From Myxococcota bacterium (lineage in GTDB: Bacteria > Myxococcota_A > UBA9160 > JAFDDA01), in assembly GCA_965228475.1 (NCBI GenBank), contig OZ245817.1:768001-832000 (forward strand): a stretch of DNA of 64,000 bases, given 5' to 3'. The position numbers and the translations under genes were made by a program. Below are positions 55,837 through 64,000 of the stretch, one piece after another. Every line of letters starts with the position of its first letter. Positions within the stretch are counted from its first letter, which is position 1. The notes beneath the pieces were generated by a model. That model saw only the letters and a program-made list of their open reading frames with translations, had not been told where the DNA came from and did no database searches.

Positions 55837-56703
55837 GTGAGAAACCCCGCCCACGACCTCCGACGGATGCTCGACGCCCCCGGCGTCCTGCCGATGCCCT
55901 GCTGCTTCGATGCACTCTCCGCGCGGCTGATCGAAGCGGCCGGCTTTCAGCTCACCTTCATGAGCGGCTTCTCGGTTTCCGCCGCCCGCCTCGGTCTGCC
56001 GGACACCGGCCTGATCTCCTACGGCGAGATGGAGGCCCAGGGCCGCTTGATCTGCTCGGCGGTCTCGATCCCGGTGATCGCCGACGGGGACACCGGCTAC
56101 GGCAACGAGCTGAACGTCCGCCGCACCGTGGACGGCTTCGCCCGCGCTGGCTTCGCCGGCGTGATGATCGAGGACCAGCTCGCGCCGAAGCGCTGCGGCC
56201 ACACGCGCGGCAAGGAGGTCGTGAGCCGCGACGAGGCGCGCAGCCGGATGCGCGCGGCGGTGGATGCCCGCGACGCCGGCGCCGACGTCCTGATCATGGC
56301 GCGCACCGACGCACGCGCCGTCCACGGGATCGACGAGGCCATCGCCCGGGCCCAGGAGTTCGTGGAGCTCGGGGCGGACATCCTGTTCGTCGAAGCGCCC
56401 GAATCCGTCGACGAGCTCAAGCGGATCGGGGCCGAGGTGCCCGGCCCGAAGCTCGCGAACTTCGTGGAAGGCGGCGACACCCCGATCCTCTCGCTCGACG
56501 AACTCGAACACCTCGGCTTCAAGATCGCCGCGTACCCGGTGACGCTGCTCTCCGCTTCGATCCGCGCGATGCAGGAGGCGCTCTCCGCGCTCACCCTCGG
56601 ACACACGCCCGAGGACCTGTTGCTCGAGTTCGGCGAGCTGCGCCAGGTCGTGGGCTTCGAGGCCTACGAGGAGGCCCTGGCCCGCTACCGCAACGGGAGC
56701 TGA
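55837..56703 (+). CDS. Isocitrate lyase/PEP mutase family enzyme
   Basis: MSGF, DGDTGYG, IEDQ..PKRCGH and ARTDA motifs. Confidence 0.92.
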   Translation: MRNPAHDLRRMLDAPGVLPMPCCFDALSARLIEAAGFQLTFMSGFSVSAARLGLPDTGLISYGEMEAQGRLICSAVSIPVIADGDTGYGNELNVRRTVDGFARAGFAGVMIEDQLAPKRCGHTRGKEVVSRDEARSRMRAAVDARDAGADVLIMARTDARAVHGIDEAIARAQEFVELGADILFVEAPESVDELKRIGAEVPGPKLANFVEGGDTPILSLDELEHLGFKIAAYPVTLLSASIRAMQEALSALTLGHTPEDLLLEFGELRQVVGFEAYEEALARYRNGS

Positions 56704-56756
56704 GCTGCGCGGGCCGCGCCGACCACGGAGCCGAGCCACGGGCCAGGAGGGAACCG

Positions 56757-57992
56757 ATGTCCGTCGAAATCCAGCACGCAGAACTCTTCGGCCTGACCGA
56801 GACCACCGCCACGCTCTACTTCGACGTCGCCGACGCCTCGGGCCCGGTGAACGCGCCCGCGAAGGTGCTGCTCGACGGCGAGGTGCGAGCGGTTTCGGAA
56901 GGCTCGGAAGGCGAGGCGAAGACCCGGCGGGTCGTGCTCACCGGTCTCGAGCCGGACCGCTCCTATTCGCTCTCGCTCGAGGCCGACGGAGCCCGGGCCG
57001 AGCCGGGAGAGTTCCTGCCCGCGCAGTTCGAGACCCTGCCCGCGCCTGACTCCGCCTGCACCGCCAGCTTCGCGACGCTGAACGACCTGCACTTCGGCGA
57101 GCCCCGCTTCGGCGGCACGCTCACCGAAGACCACGAGTACGGCGAGGAGCGGGAGGGCTTCCCGGCCGTGTCCGACGCGGACGGCGACGAGCCCTACTGG
57201 CGCTTCATGAACGAGGACGCCATCCACGACATCAACGAAGCGGGCGTCGACGCGACCGTGATCAAGGGCGACATCGCGGACCGCGGGCGCCCGGAGCAGT
57301 TCGAGGCCGCTCGCAGCGCCTTCTCGAAGCTCGCGGCCCCGCACCACGCCTTCCTCGGCAACCACGACCACTACGGGCTCGAAGCCGGCCTCGAGGTGGA
57401 CGGCTACGCGCTGCTCGGCCAGGAGCCGGCGCCGCGCTGCGTCGACCTCGGCGGCTTTCGCCTGATCCTGCTCGACACGACGCGCCCGGGGCACCACGAC
57501 GGGGTCTTCGGCGCGGAGCGCCGCGCGTGGCTCGCCGAGCGCCTGGACGAGACGCGCTCGGAGGGAATCCCGACGCTCCTCTTCATGCACCATCACCCCG
57601 TCCCGCCCGAGCGCCGTGACCAGTACCCGAACAGCATCGGCCTCGACCCGGCGGACTCCGTCGAGCTGTTCGCCCTGGCGGGAGAACACCCGCAGCTGCG
57701 CGGCGCCCTGATCGGGCACACCCACCGCAACCGCGTGCGCCACTACCCGGCCTCGGGGTCCGTGCCGTGGATCGAGGTGAACTGTACGAAGGACTACCCG
57801 GGCGGCTGGGGGCACTACCGGCTCTTCGAGGACGGGAGCTTCCGGCAGGAGGTGCGCCGCACCTCGAGCGCGCGCGCGATGCGCCACTCCTCGCACTGTC
57901 GCGACTTCTTCAACGGCTTCTACAAGCAGTTCTCGCTGGGCAAGCTCGAGCAGCGGAGCTTCGCGACGCCGGCCTGGAACGGCCGGAGTTAG
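56757..57992 (+). CDS. Metallophosphoesterase (CpdA/Icc-like) with N-terminal FN3-like domain
   Basis: DLH, GD, GNHD, HH and GHTH calcineurin-like motifs. Confidence 0.88.
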   Translation: MSVEIQHAELFGLTETTATLYFDVADASGPVNAPAKVLLDGEVRAVSEGSEGEAKTRRVVLTGLEPDRSYSLSLEADGARAEPGEFLPAQFETLPAPDSACTASFATLNDLHFGEPRFGGTLTEDHEYGEEREGFPAVSDADGDEPYWRFMNEDAIHDINEAGVDATVIKGDIADRGRPEQFEAARSAFSKLAAPHHAFLGNHDHYGLEAGLEVDGYALLGQEPAPRCVDLGGFRLILLDTTRPGHHDGVFGAERRAWLAERLDETRSEGIPTLLFMHHHPVPPERRDQYPNSIGLDPADSVELFALAGEHPQLRGALIGHTHRNRVRHYPASGSVPWIEVNCTKDYPGGWGHYRLFEDGSFRQEVRRTSSARAMRHSSHCRDFFNGFYKQFSLGKLEQRSFATPAWNGRS

Positions 57993-59197
57993 GCCAGGCG
58001 CGAGCCGGTCCGCTTCGTCAGCTCGGCGATCGGGATGCCGTGGGGGCACGCCGTGGCGCAGGGCTCCCCACTGCACGTGAGACAGGCGCTCGCGTCGACC
58101 GGCAACTTGGCGTAGTCGCTCCGGGCCAGCTCGAGATCGCCGTAGTCCTCGGCGTACATCCGCGTGCGCAGCACCTCGGGAATCGTGACCTGAGCCGGGC
58201 AGGCGTCGCTGCAGGCGTCGCAGCCGTAGCGGCACTGGAGCTTGGCGTTCTTCTCGTCGTAGCGGGCGAGGGTGCGGCCGTCGCCCATGGCCGTGCGCGT
58301 CCAGCCCGAGGCGCCGAGGTACTCGTCGACCTCGGCGGGGGTGCGCATGGTGACGATCAGCGAGTCGACGTAGTCCTGGGAGAGGACCCAGCGGAAGGCC
58401 GCCTGGGAGAAGGTCGCGCGATCGCGCTGGTAGGGGCCGAGATCCTGGTTGCGGGCGCCGCGCAGGGTCTTCATCGCGACCACGCCGATGCCCTTGGCCT
58501 TGGCCCGCGCGAGGGAGGCCGGGAGCTTCGGCTGGAGGGCGACGAGGTCGAGCTTGCGCAGGATGCGCGCGTAGAAGGCCGGGTCCTGGCCGAAGTTGAA
58601 GGAGACGAGCAGGACGTCGACGAGGTCGTTGTCGACCACGTGGTCCACGCACTCGACGAGCAGCCCGCCGTGGCCCGACATGCCGCTGAAGCCGATCTTG
58701 CCCTGCTCCTTGGCACGGCTCACGAACTCCGGCCACTCCGGGTTCGAGACCCGGGCGAGGTCGTTCACGGCGTGGTTGAAGTAGACGTCGATGTAGTCCG
58801 TGCGCAGGCGGCGGAGGCTGCCTTCGAGCGCGGCCATCATGGCGTCCCGCTTCATGTCCCCGTAGAGCTTGGCCTTGGAGACGAGCACGACGTCCTTGCG
58901 CTTTCCCTCGAGCGCGCGGCCGATCGTTTCCTCGGAGGTGCCGCCCGTGTAGCTGTCCGCGGTGTCGATGTAGTTGATGCCGCGGTCGAGGGCGTGGTGG
59001 ACGACGGTGCCGTCGGTCCCGAGCTTCGAGCTGCCGAAGCCGATGTCGGCGATCTTCAGGCCGGTGGCGCCGAGGGCCGGGAACCGCCGCACGCGCGGGG
59101 CCGCGTCGGCCAGGGCCGGGCCGGCGCCGAGGGCGATGCCCGCGGCAGCGCTGGCGCGCAGGAAGGATCGTCGGTCGATTTCGGGTCCTCGTCCCAT
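57989..59197 (-). CDS. Tat-signal aldo/keto reductase with C-terminal Fe-S domain
   Basis: DRRSFL Tat motif; IDTADSY, SK, SLRRLRTDYID; CRYGCDACSDACP and CLTC...CATACP. Confidence 0.88.
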   Translation of the reverse strand: MGRGPEIDRRSFLRASAAAGIALGAGPALADAAPRVRRFPALGATGLKIADIGFGSSKLGTDGTVVHHALDRGINYIDTADSYTGGTSEETIGRALEGKRKDVVLVSKAKLYGDMKRDAMMAALEGSLRRLRTDYIDVYFNHAVNDLARVSNPEWPEFVSRAKEQGKIGFSGMSGHGGLLVECVDHVVDNDLVDVLLVSFNFGQDPAFYARILRKLDLVALQPKLPASLARAKAKGIGVVAMKTLRGARNQDLGPYQRDRATFSQAAFRWVLSQDYVDSLIVTMRTPAEVDEYLGASGWTRTAMGDGRTLARYDEKNAKLQCRYGCDACSDACPAQVTIPEVLRTRMYAEDYGDLELARSDYAKLPVDASACLTCSGEPCATACPHGIPIAELTKRTGSRLA

Positions 59198-59312
59198 GCT
59201 CTCTCTCCTCGGCTGACGGGGGCCGGCGATTGAAGGGAAGGCTAGCACCCGCTCCAACCCGTGTGCCGAATGGGCCGAGCCCGGCCCGGTGGCCGCGCTA
59301 GGCTCGGACCCC

Positions 59313-60506
59313 ATGCCCGGCCGCGTTCTCTCCGGCATCCGCATCCTCGATATGACGCGCGTCGTCGCCGGTCCGTTCGCGACGGCGATCCTGGCTGACC
59401 TCGGGGCCGACGTGCTCAAGGTGGAGCGCCCGGAGACCGGCGACGACTACCGCTACGGCCCCTCGGCCAAGGGGCAGACGTCGCTCTCCTTCCAGAACAC
59501 CAACCGCGGCAAGCGCAGCATCACGCTCGACGTGCGCAAGCCCGAGGGACGTGCGCTTTTCTTGCGCCTCGCCGAGCGGTCCGACGCCGTGGTGGAGAAC
59601 TTTCGCGCGGGCTGGCTCACCGCCCAGGGCCTCGACGCCGAGTCCCTGCACGCAGCGAACCCGCAGCTCGTGATCGCCTCGCTTTCGGGCTTCGGGCAGA
59701 CCGGGCCCCGGGCCGGGGAGGGCTCCTACGACATCATCGCCCAGGCCGCGGGCGGCTTCCTCGCGACCACGGGGTTCCCGGACGGGCCGCCCGTGCGCGG
59801 CGGCGGCGCCCTCGCGGACTTCGTGGGCGGGCTCTACCTCGCGGTCGGCGTGCTCGCCGGCGTGCTCGAAGCGCGGCGGACGGGCGCCGGGCGCGTGCTC
59901 GACCTCTCGAACCAGGACGCCATGTTCGCCGTCACGGACTCCTGGGCGACCATCGCCGCGGGGCTCGGCGTGGCGGCCGAACGCACCGGGAACCAGCACC
60001 CCTTCACCGCACCCTACGACGCCTTCGAGGCGCGCGACGGTTGGGTCGCGATCGGCTGCGGGAGCAACAAGCTCTTCCGGCGGGCCGCCGCGGCGATCGG
60101 CCGGCCCGAACTCGCCGACGACGAGCGGTTCCGCAGCCACCGGGGCCGTGCCCGGCTGCGTGGCGAGGTGAACGGCCTGTTCGCGGAGTGGATCCGCCGG
60201 CGGACCTGCGACGAAGTCCTCGCCGCCTTCGGTCTCGAGGGGGCCGACGTGCCCTGCGCGCGCGTCGCGGCGCCCGACGAGCTGCTCGAGGATCCGCAGC
60301 TCGGAGCGCGCGGAATGATCGAGCGGCACCCGCACCCGGAGCTCGGTGAGATCGTCTTCCATGGGAACCCGCTGCGGTTTTCCGGGGCGGAGGAGAGGGA
60401 GCACGCCCTCGCGCCCACCCTCGGTGCCGACAACGACGAAACGTACGCGGCGCTCGGCCTCGATGAGACCGAGCGCCGCCGGCTCGCCGATGAAGGCGTG
60501 ATCTAG
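59313..60506 (+). CDS. Class III CoA transferase (CaiB/BaiF), second copy
   Basis: LADLGADVLKVE, NRGKRS, ENFR and LADFVGG motifs. Confidence 0.92.
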   Translation: MPGRVLSGIRILDMTRVVAGPFATAILADLGADVLKVERPETGDDYRYGPSAKGQTSLSFQNTNRGKRSITLDVRKPEGRALFLRLAERSDAVVENFRAGWLTAQGLDAESLHAANPQLVIASLSGFGQTGPRAGEGSYDIIAQAAGGFLATTGFPDGPPVRGGGALADFVGGLYLAVGVLAGVLEARRTGAGRVLDLSNQDAMFAVTDSWATIAAGLGVAAERTGNQHPFTAPYDAFEARDGWVAIGCGSNKLFRRAAAAIGRPELADDERFRSHRGRARLRGEVNGLFAEWIRRRTCDEVLAAFGLEGADVPCARVAAPDELLEDPQLGARGMIERHPHPELGEIVFHGNPLRFSGAEEREHALAPTLGADNDETYAALGLDETERRRLADEGVI

Positions 60507-60518
60507 CCCGATGCCTTC

Positions 60519-60923
60519 CTAGAAATCGATGTGGAAGGCCAGGCGCGGCAGCCGCCAGTAGGGCACGCGATGCACGTGGTTCAGGTGGCGGTGATAGGCC
60601 GCGCGGTGGCGGAACGAGACGCGGTGATCGTCGCAGCGGAACAGCGGCCGCCGGTCGTAGTAGCGGTACCGCGCGTGGTTGCGTCGCTCCCAGCGGTCGT
60701 GCCGCCGTTCCCAGCGATCGCGGCGCCGCTCCCAGCGGTCGTGGCGACGCTCGTGGCGGTCGTAGCGGTGGTGACGGTCGTAGTGGCCATGGTGCCGATC
60801 GCGGTGCTCGTAGCGGTCGTGACCGTGGCGGCCGTGCGCCTCGGCCGGGGCCGGGGCGAACATCCACGCGGCGCCCGCGACGAGAACCAGCGAGAACAGG
60901 CGAAGGCTTCGGTTGCGAGTCAT
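60519..60923 (-). CDS. Secreted His/Arg-rich repeat protein with zinc-finger-like C-terminus
   Basis: AAGGAGG RBS; signal ending AEA; DRWERR repeats; FxCxxHxxxFx5YxxHx4H. Confidence 0.75.
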   Translation of the reverse strand: MTRNRSLRLFSLVLVAGAAWMFAPAPAEAHGRHGHDRYEHRDRHHGHYDRHHRYDRHERRHDRWERRRDRWERRHDRWERRNHARYRYYDRRPLFRCDDHRVSFRHRAAYHRHLNHVHRVPYWRLPRLAFHIDF

Positions 60924-60988
60924 GGCAAAACCTCCTTGCGGTTGCCGATGACCCTTGGATGCCCGAGGCGGGCGAAATATTCGCGGCC

Positions 60989-61333
60989 TCAGTCGGCCTT
61001 CACTTCGATGTCGAGATTCCCGAGCGGCCACGGCGCGTTCCCGCGCCCGTAGGGGGCGTAGGCGCCGCCCGGCGTCATGAGCGGCAGGGCCGGCGGCCAG
61101 GTGCGGTCCCAGTGTGCGCCCACTTCGAAGCCGTGGCGGGGGTGCCCGTGGAAGCCGCCCGGCGTCTCGAAGGCGTGGTTCCCCGGCGTCCGGTGGCTCG
61201 TGTAGTTGCGGCCGTGGATGCTCGCGTCGTCCTTGGCCGCCTTCGCCGGGTCGGAAGCCGTCTCCGTGGCCAGGGCCGGGAGCGTCCAGGCGAAAGTCGC
61301 CAGGGCCACTGCAGTGAGGATGGGTCGTCGCAT
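60989..61333 (-). CDS. Small secreted hypothetical protein
   Basis: GGAGGAGGAG RBS; signal ending ALA. Confidence 0.65.
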   Translation of the reverse strand: MRRPILTAVALATFAWTLPALATETASDPAKAAKDDASIHGRNYTSHRTPGNHAFETPGGFHGHPRHGFEVGAHWDRTWPPALPLMTPGGAYAPYGRGNAPWPLGNLDIEVKAD

Positions 61334-61391
61334 GATGTCTCCTCCTCCCCTGTCGATTCGCCGGACCCCTCCGGGCGAGTGTCGATGCGCG

Positions 61392-62531
61392 CTAGGCCGC
61401 GGATTCGGCGAACAGGCTCTCCGCCAGGTGACGCCGGTGGTGGATGCCGTCGCCGAGCATGCCGCGGCAGAACATCGCGCGCTTGAAGTAGAAGTGGACG
61501 TCGCAGTCGATGGTGAAGCCGTAGCCGCCGTGGAACTGGACGGCGTGCCGGACCGCCTCGGCGAAGACGTCCGAGATCAGCGCCTTGGCCATGCGGGCGC
61601 CCACGGCGGGCGGGGCAGCCTGCTCGTCGTAGACGGCACAGGCGGCGTAGGCGTGGGTGCGCGCCATCTCGATCCCGATCATGTCGTTCACGATCGGGTG
61701 CTTCACGGCCTGGAAGGATCCGATCTGTCGGTCGAACTGCTTGCGGTCGATGGCGTACTCGCGCGTCATCTGGAGCACGCCTTCGGCCGCGCCGACCATC
61801 TCCGCGGAGAGCCAGGCGGTGGCCTGGAGCAGGATCGCCGCCCACGCGTCCGGGCCGGCGCCGGTGAGACGTGCGTCTCCGGCGACCCGGGCGCCGTCGA
61901 AGCCGATGCGCGCCGTGCGCCGGGTCGGGTCGATGCTCTCTTCGGCTTCGATGCGCACGCCGGCCGCACCGGTTTCGATGGCGAACAGGGCGATGCCTTC
62001 GGCCGTACGGAACGGTGCGACGACGAGGCCCGCATCGCTTCCCCCGAGCACGTGGGTCTTGATGCCGTCGAGTACGAAGCCGTCGCCCTCGGCGCGGGCG
62101 CTGGCTTCGACGCCGTCGGGTTCCCAGGAGCCGTCCGCTTCGAGCCAGCCGAGGCTCGCGACGAGATCGCCCCGGGCGATCTCCGGGAGCCAGCGCGCTT
62201 GCTGGGCCTCGCTGCCCGCCCGCGAGAGCGCGAGGGCGGCGAGGCTCGTCGCGAGGTAGGGGGAAGGCAGCAGGCGACGGCCCATCTCCTCGAGCAGCAG
62301 CGCCTGGTGGAGGTTCCCGAGGCCCGCGCCGCCGTGGGCTTCGCCGATGGTGAGGCCGGTCCAGCCGAGCTCCGCCATGGCCTTCCACGTGCCCGGATCG
62401 TGGCCCGCCGGGTCCGCGGCGAGCCGGCGGAGGGTGTCGATCGGGCAGTGCTCGTCGAGGAAGCGGCGCGCGCCGTCGCGCAGGATCTCGTGATCCTCGC
62501 CGAAACCGAAGTCCTGGATCGGGTTGATCAT
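61392..62531 (-). CDS. Acyl-CoA dehydrogenase family protein (beta-like partner subunit)
   Basis: RKQFDRQIGSFQAVKH, QFHGGYGFT; C-terminus lacks GGTxE motif. Confidence 0.9.
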   Translation of the reverse strand: MINPIQDFGFGEDHEILRDGARRFLDEHCPIDTLRRLAADPAGHDPGTWKAMAELGWTGLTIGEAHGGAGLGNLHQALLLEEMGRRLLPSPYLATSLAALALSRAGSEAQQARWLPEIARGDLVASLGWLEADGSWEPDGVEASARAEGDGFVLDGIKTHVLGGSDAGLVVAPFRTAEGIALFAIETGAAGVRIEAEESIDPTRRTARIGFDGARVAGDARLTGAGPDAWAAILLQATAWLSAEMVGAAEGVLQMTREYAIDRKQFDRQIGSFQAVKHPIVNDMIGIEMARTHAYAACAVYDEQAAPPAVGARMAKALISDVFAEAVRHAVQFHGGYGFTIDCDVHFYFKRAMFCRGMLGDGIHHRRHLAESLFAESAA

Positions 62532-62539
62532 GGTTCGCC

Positions 62540-63766
62540 CTACTTGCTCTTCGGCAGGCCGAGGACCCGCTCGCCGAGGATGTTGCGTTGGATCTCGCTC
62601 GTGCCGCCGCCGATCGTCATGCCGAAGGAGTTCATGTAGGCGCGCGGCCACTCGGCGTCGTCGGGGGCGTTCGGGTCGCCCATCCAGAGTGCGGCCTCGG
62701 GGCCGAGCATCTCGCACCCGAGCTCCGCGAGCTTCTGCCCGTACTCGGAGTAGACGAGCTTGTTCATCAGGGCGAGGGCCATCGGACGCTCGGTGTTGAG
62801 CCCGGGCGTCCGCTTGCGCAGGGCGCCGAGGCGCAGCGCTTCCTCCTCGATCCAGAGCTTCACGAGGCGATCCCGCAGGACCGGGTCGTCCGCGGCAGGC
62901 TGACCGTCGCGGCGCGCCCGGGTGGCGAGCTCGGCCGTGCGCCGCACGCTGTCGGCGGAGGACGTCGCGTTGCCGCCGCCCGTCCCCTCGGCCGCACCGC
63001 GCTCGAAGGTCAGGGTGGCCATGGCGACCTCCCAACCCTGGCCCGGCTTGCCGAGCATCGCATCGGCGGGCATGTGCGCGTCGGTGAAGATCACCTGATT
63101 GAAGCCGCCCTCGCCGGTCATCTTGATCAGCGGGAGGACTTCGACGCCCTCGGCCTCCATCGGGAACAGGAAGAAGGAGAGGCCCGCGTACTTGTGGGCT
63201 TCGGTGTCGGTGCGCGCGAGCAGGATCATCCACTTCGAGCGCGTTCCGAGGGTCGTCCAGACCTTGTGGCCGTTCACGGTCCATCCGCCGCCGGGCGCCG
63301 CCACGGCCTGGGTCTGCACGCTCGCGAGGTCCGAGCCGGCGCCCGGTTCGCTGAAGCCCTGGCACCAGATCTCGTCCCCATTGAGGATGGGCTGGATCAT
63401 CCGCCGCTTCTGCTCTTCGGTGCCGTACTGGAGGATCACCGGGCCGGCCCACTGGAGGCCGATCGTGTTCACGAAGAAGGGCGCGTTGGCGCGCGACATC
63501 TCCTGGGTGACGACGCGCTGCCGCCCCTGGGTGTCGCCGCCGCCTCCGTACTCCTTGGGCCAGTCGAGGCCGAGGTAGCCGGCTTCGTAGGCCTTCCGCT
63601 GCCAGGCGTGCAGGTACTCGAACTGCTCGTCCGTCTCCACGAACAGGAAGTTCTGCGGCATCACGAAGTCCGGCTCCGGGGGCCGGTTCTCCGCGATCCA
63701 CGCGCGCACCTCGGCGCGGAACTCGGCGATCTCTTGCGATTCCGTTTGCTCGTCGTTCGGGCTCAT
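62540..63766 (-). CDS. Acyl-CoA dehydrogenase family protein (alpha-like subunit)
   Basis: WCQGFSEPGAGSDLA, NGHKVWT, TFERG and IGGGTSEIQRNI motifs. Confidence 0.92.
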   Translation of the reverse strand: MSPNDEQTESQEIAEFRAEVRAWIAENRPPEPDFVMPQNFLFVETDEQFEYLHAWQRKAYEAGYLGLDWPKEYGGGGDTQGRQRVVTQEMSRANAPFFVNTIGLQWAGPVILQYGTEEQKRRMIQPILNGDEIWCQGFSEPGAGSDLASVQTQAVAAPGGGWTVNGHKVWTTLGTRSKWMILLARTDTEAHKYAGLSFFLFPMEAEGVEVLPLIKMTGEGGFNQVIFTDAHMPADAMLGKPGQGWEVAMATLTFERGAAEGTGGGNATSSADSVRRTAELATRARRDGQPAADDPVLRDRLVKLWIEEEALRLGALRKRTPGLNTERPMALALMNKLVYSEYGQKLAELGCEMLGPEAALWMGDPNAPDDAEWPRAYMNSFGMTIGGGTSEIQRNILGERVLGLPKSK

Positions 63767-63969
63767 GGGTTTCCTGCCGGCTCGCCACAGGCGTTCGGCG
63801 CCTGGGGCCCGCGAGCCTAACCGAGAGTGGGTCATGCTGCCGCCGAGGTGACGCCGGGTGGCAGTCTGGAGGCAGCGGTGCGGCAGCGCCTGCGCCGATG
63901 CGACGCGCTCTGGCGCTCGTTCGCTCCGCCCACGGCCGCGTGCTAGAACCGGTCCCTCGAGGAGAACGC

Positions 63970-64000
63970 ATGAATTTCGGATTCACGGAAGAGCAGGAGC
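63970..64000 (+). CDS. 5' fragment of a probable acyl-CoA dehydrogenase (runs off window)
   Basis: GAGGAG RBS then MNFGFTEEQE, a typical ACAD N-terminus; only 10 codons visible. Confidence 0.55.
   Translation, partial: MNFGFTEEQE

Noticed and set aside
60680..60790. Short tandem repeats as a CRISPR or mobile element
   Set aside because: They are in-frame DRWERR coding repeats.

Overview
GC-rich bacterial chromosomal segment, densely coding (about 70 CDS). I found no rRNA, tRNA, CRISPR array, transposase or integrase. The gene repertoire suggests a Myxococcota/deltaproteobacterium-like organism; that is inference only. In order it holds: the 3' part of a heme-copper oxidase operon (coxB partial, coxA, two subunit III-like genes, subunit IV, a small CxxC protein); a PAS-GGDEF-EAL protein; leuS; a PEP synthase/PPDK regulator; a large MMPL/RND transporter; aguBA; a Ca-repeat beta-propeller surface protein; two divergent paralogous lipoprotein alpha/beta hydrolases; an E. 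coli-type frdABCD; SCO/PCuAC copper chaperones; an egtB-GNAT-radical SAM-CWC-yjbQ cluster; two CaiB CoA transferases; and an acyl-CoA dehydrogenase pair. Best leads: (1) the A1-type oxidase keeps its D-channel and His-Tyr site but appears to have lost the whole K-channel, with a new Glu in helix VIII and His/Cys/Asp in the subunit II helix; (2) a radical SAM with CX6CX3C spacing coupled to egtB without egtD; (3) an Hpt-fold protein lacking its phospho-His; (4) FrdC lacking the quinone-site Arg/Glu; (5) twin Rex-like boxes forming a perfect inverted repeat; (6) widespread leaderless-type TAnnnT-N6-8-ATG starts. All alignments were made by eye against remembered reference sequences; no searches were run.
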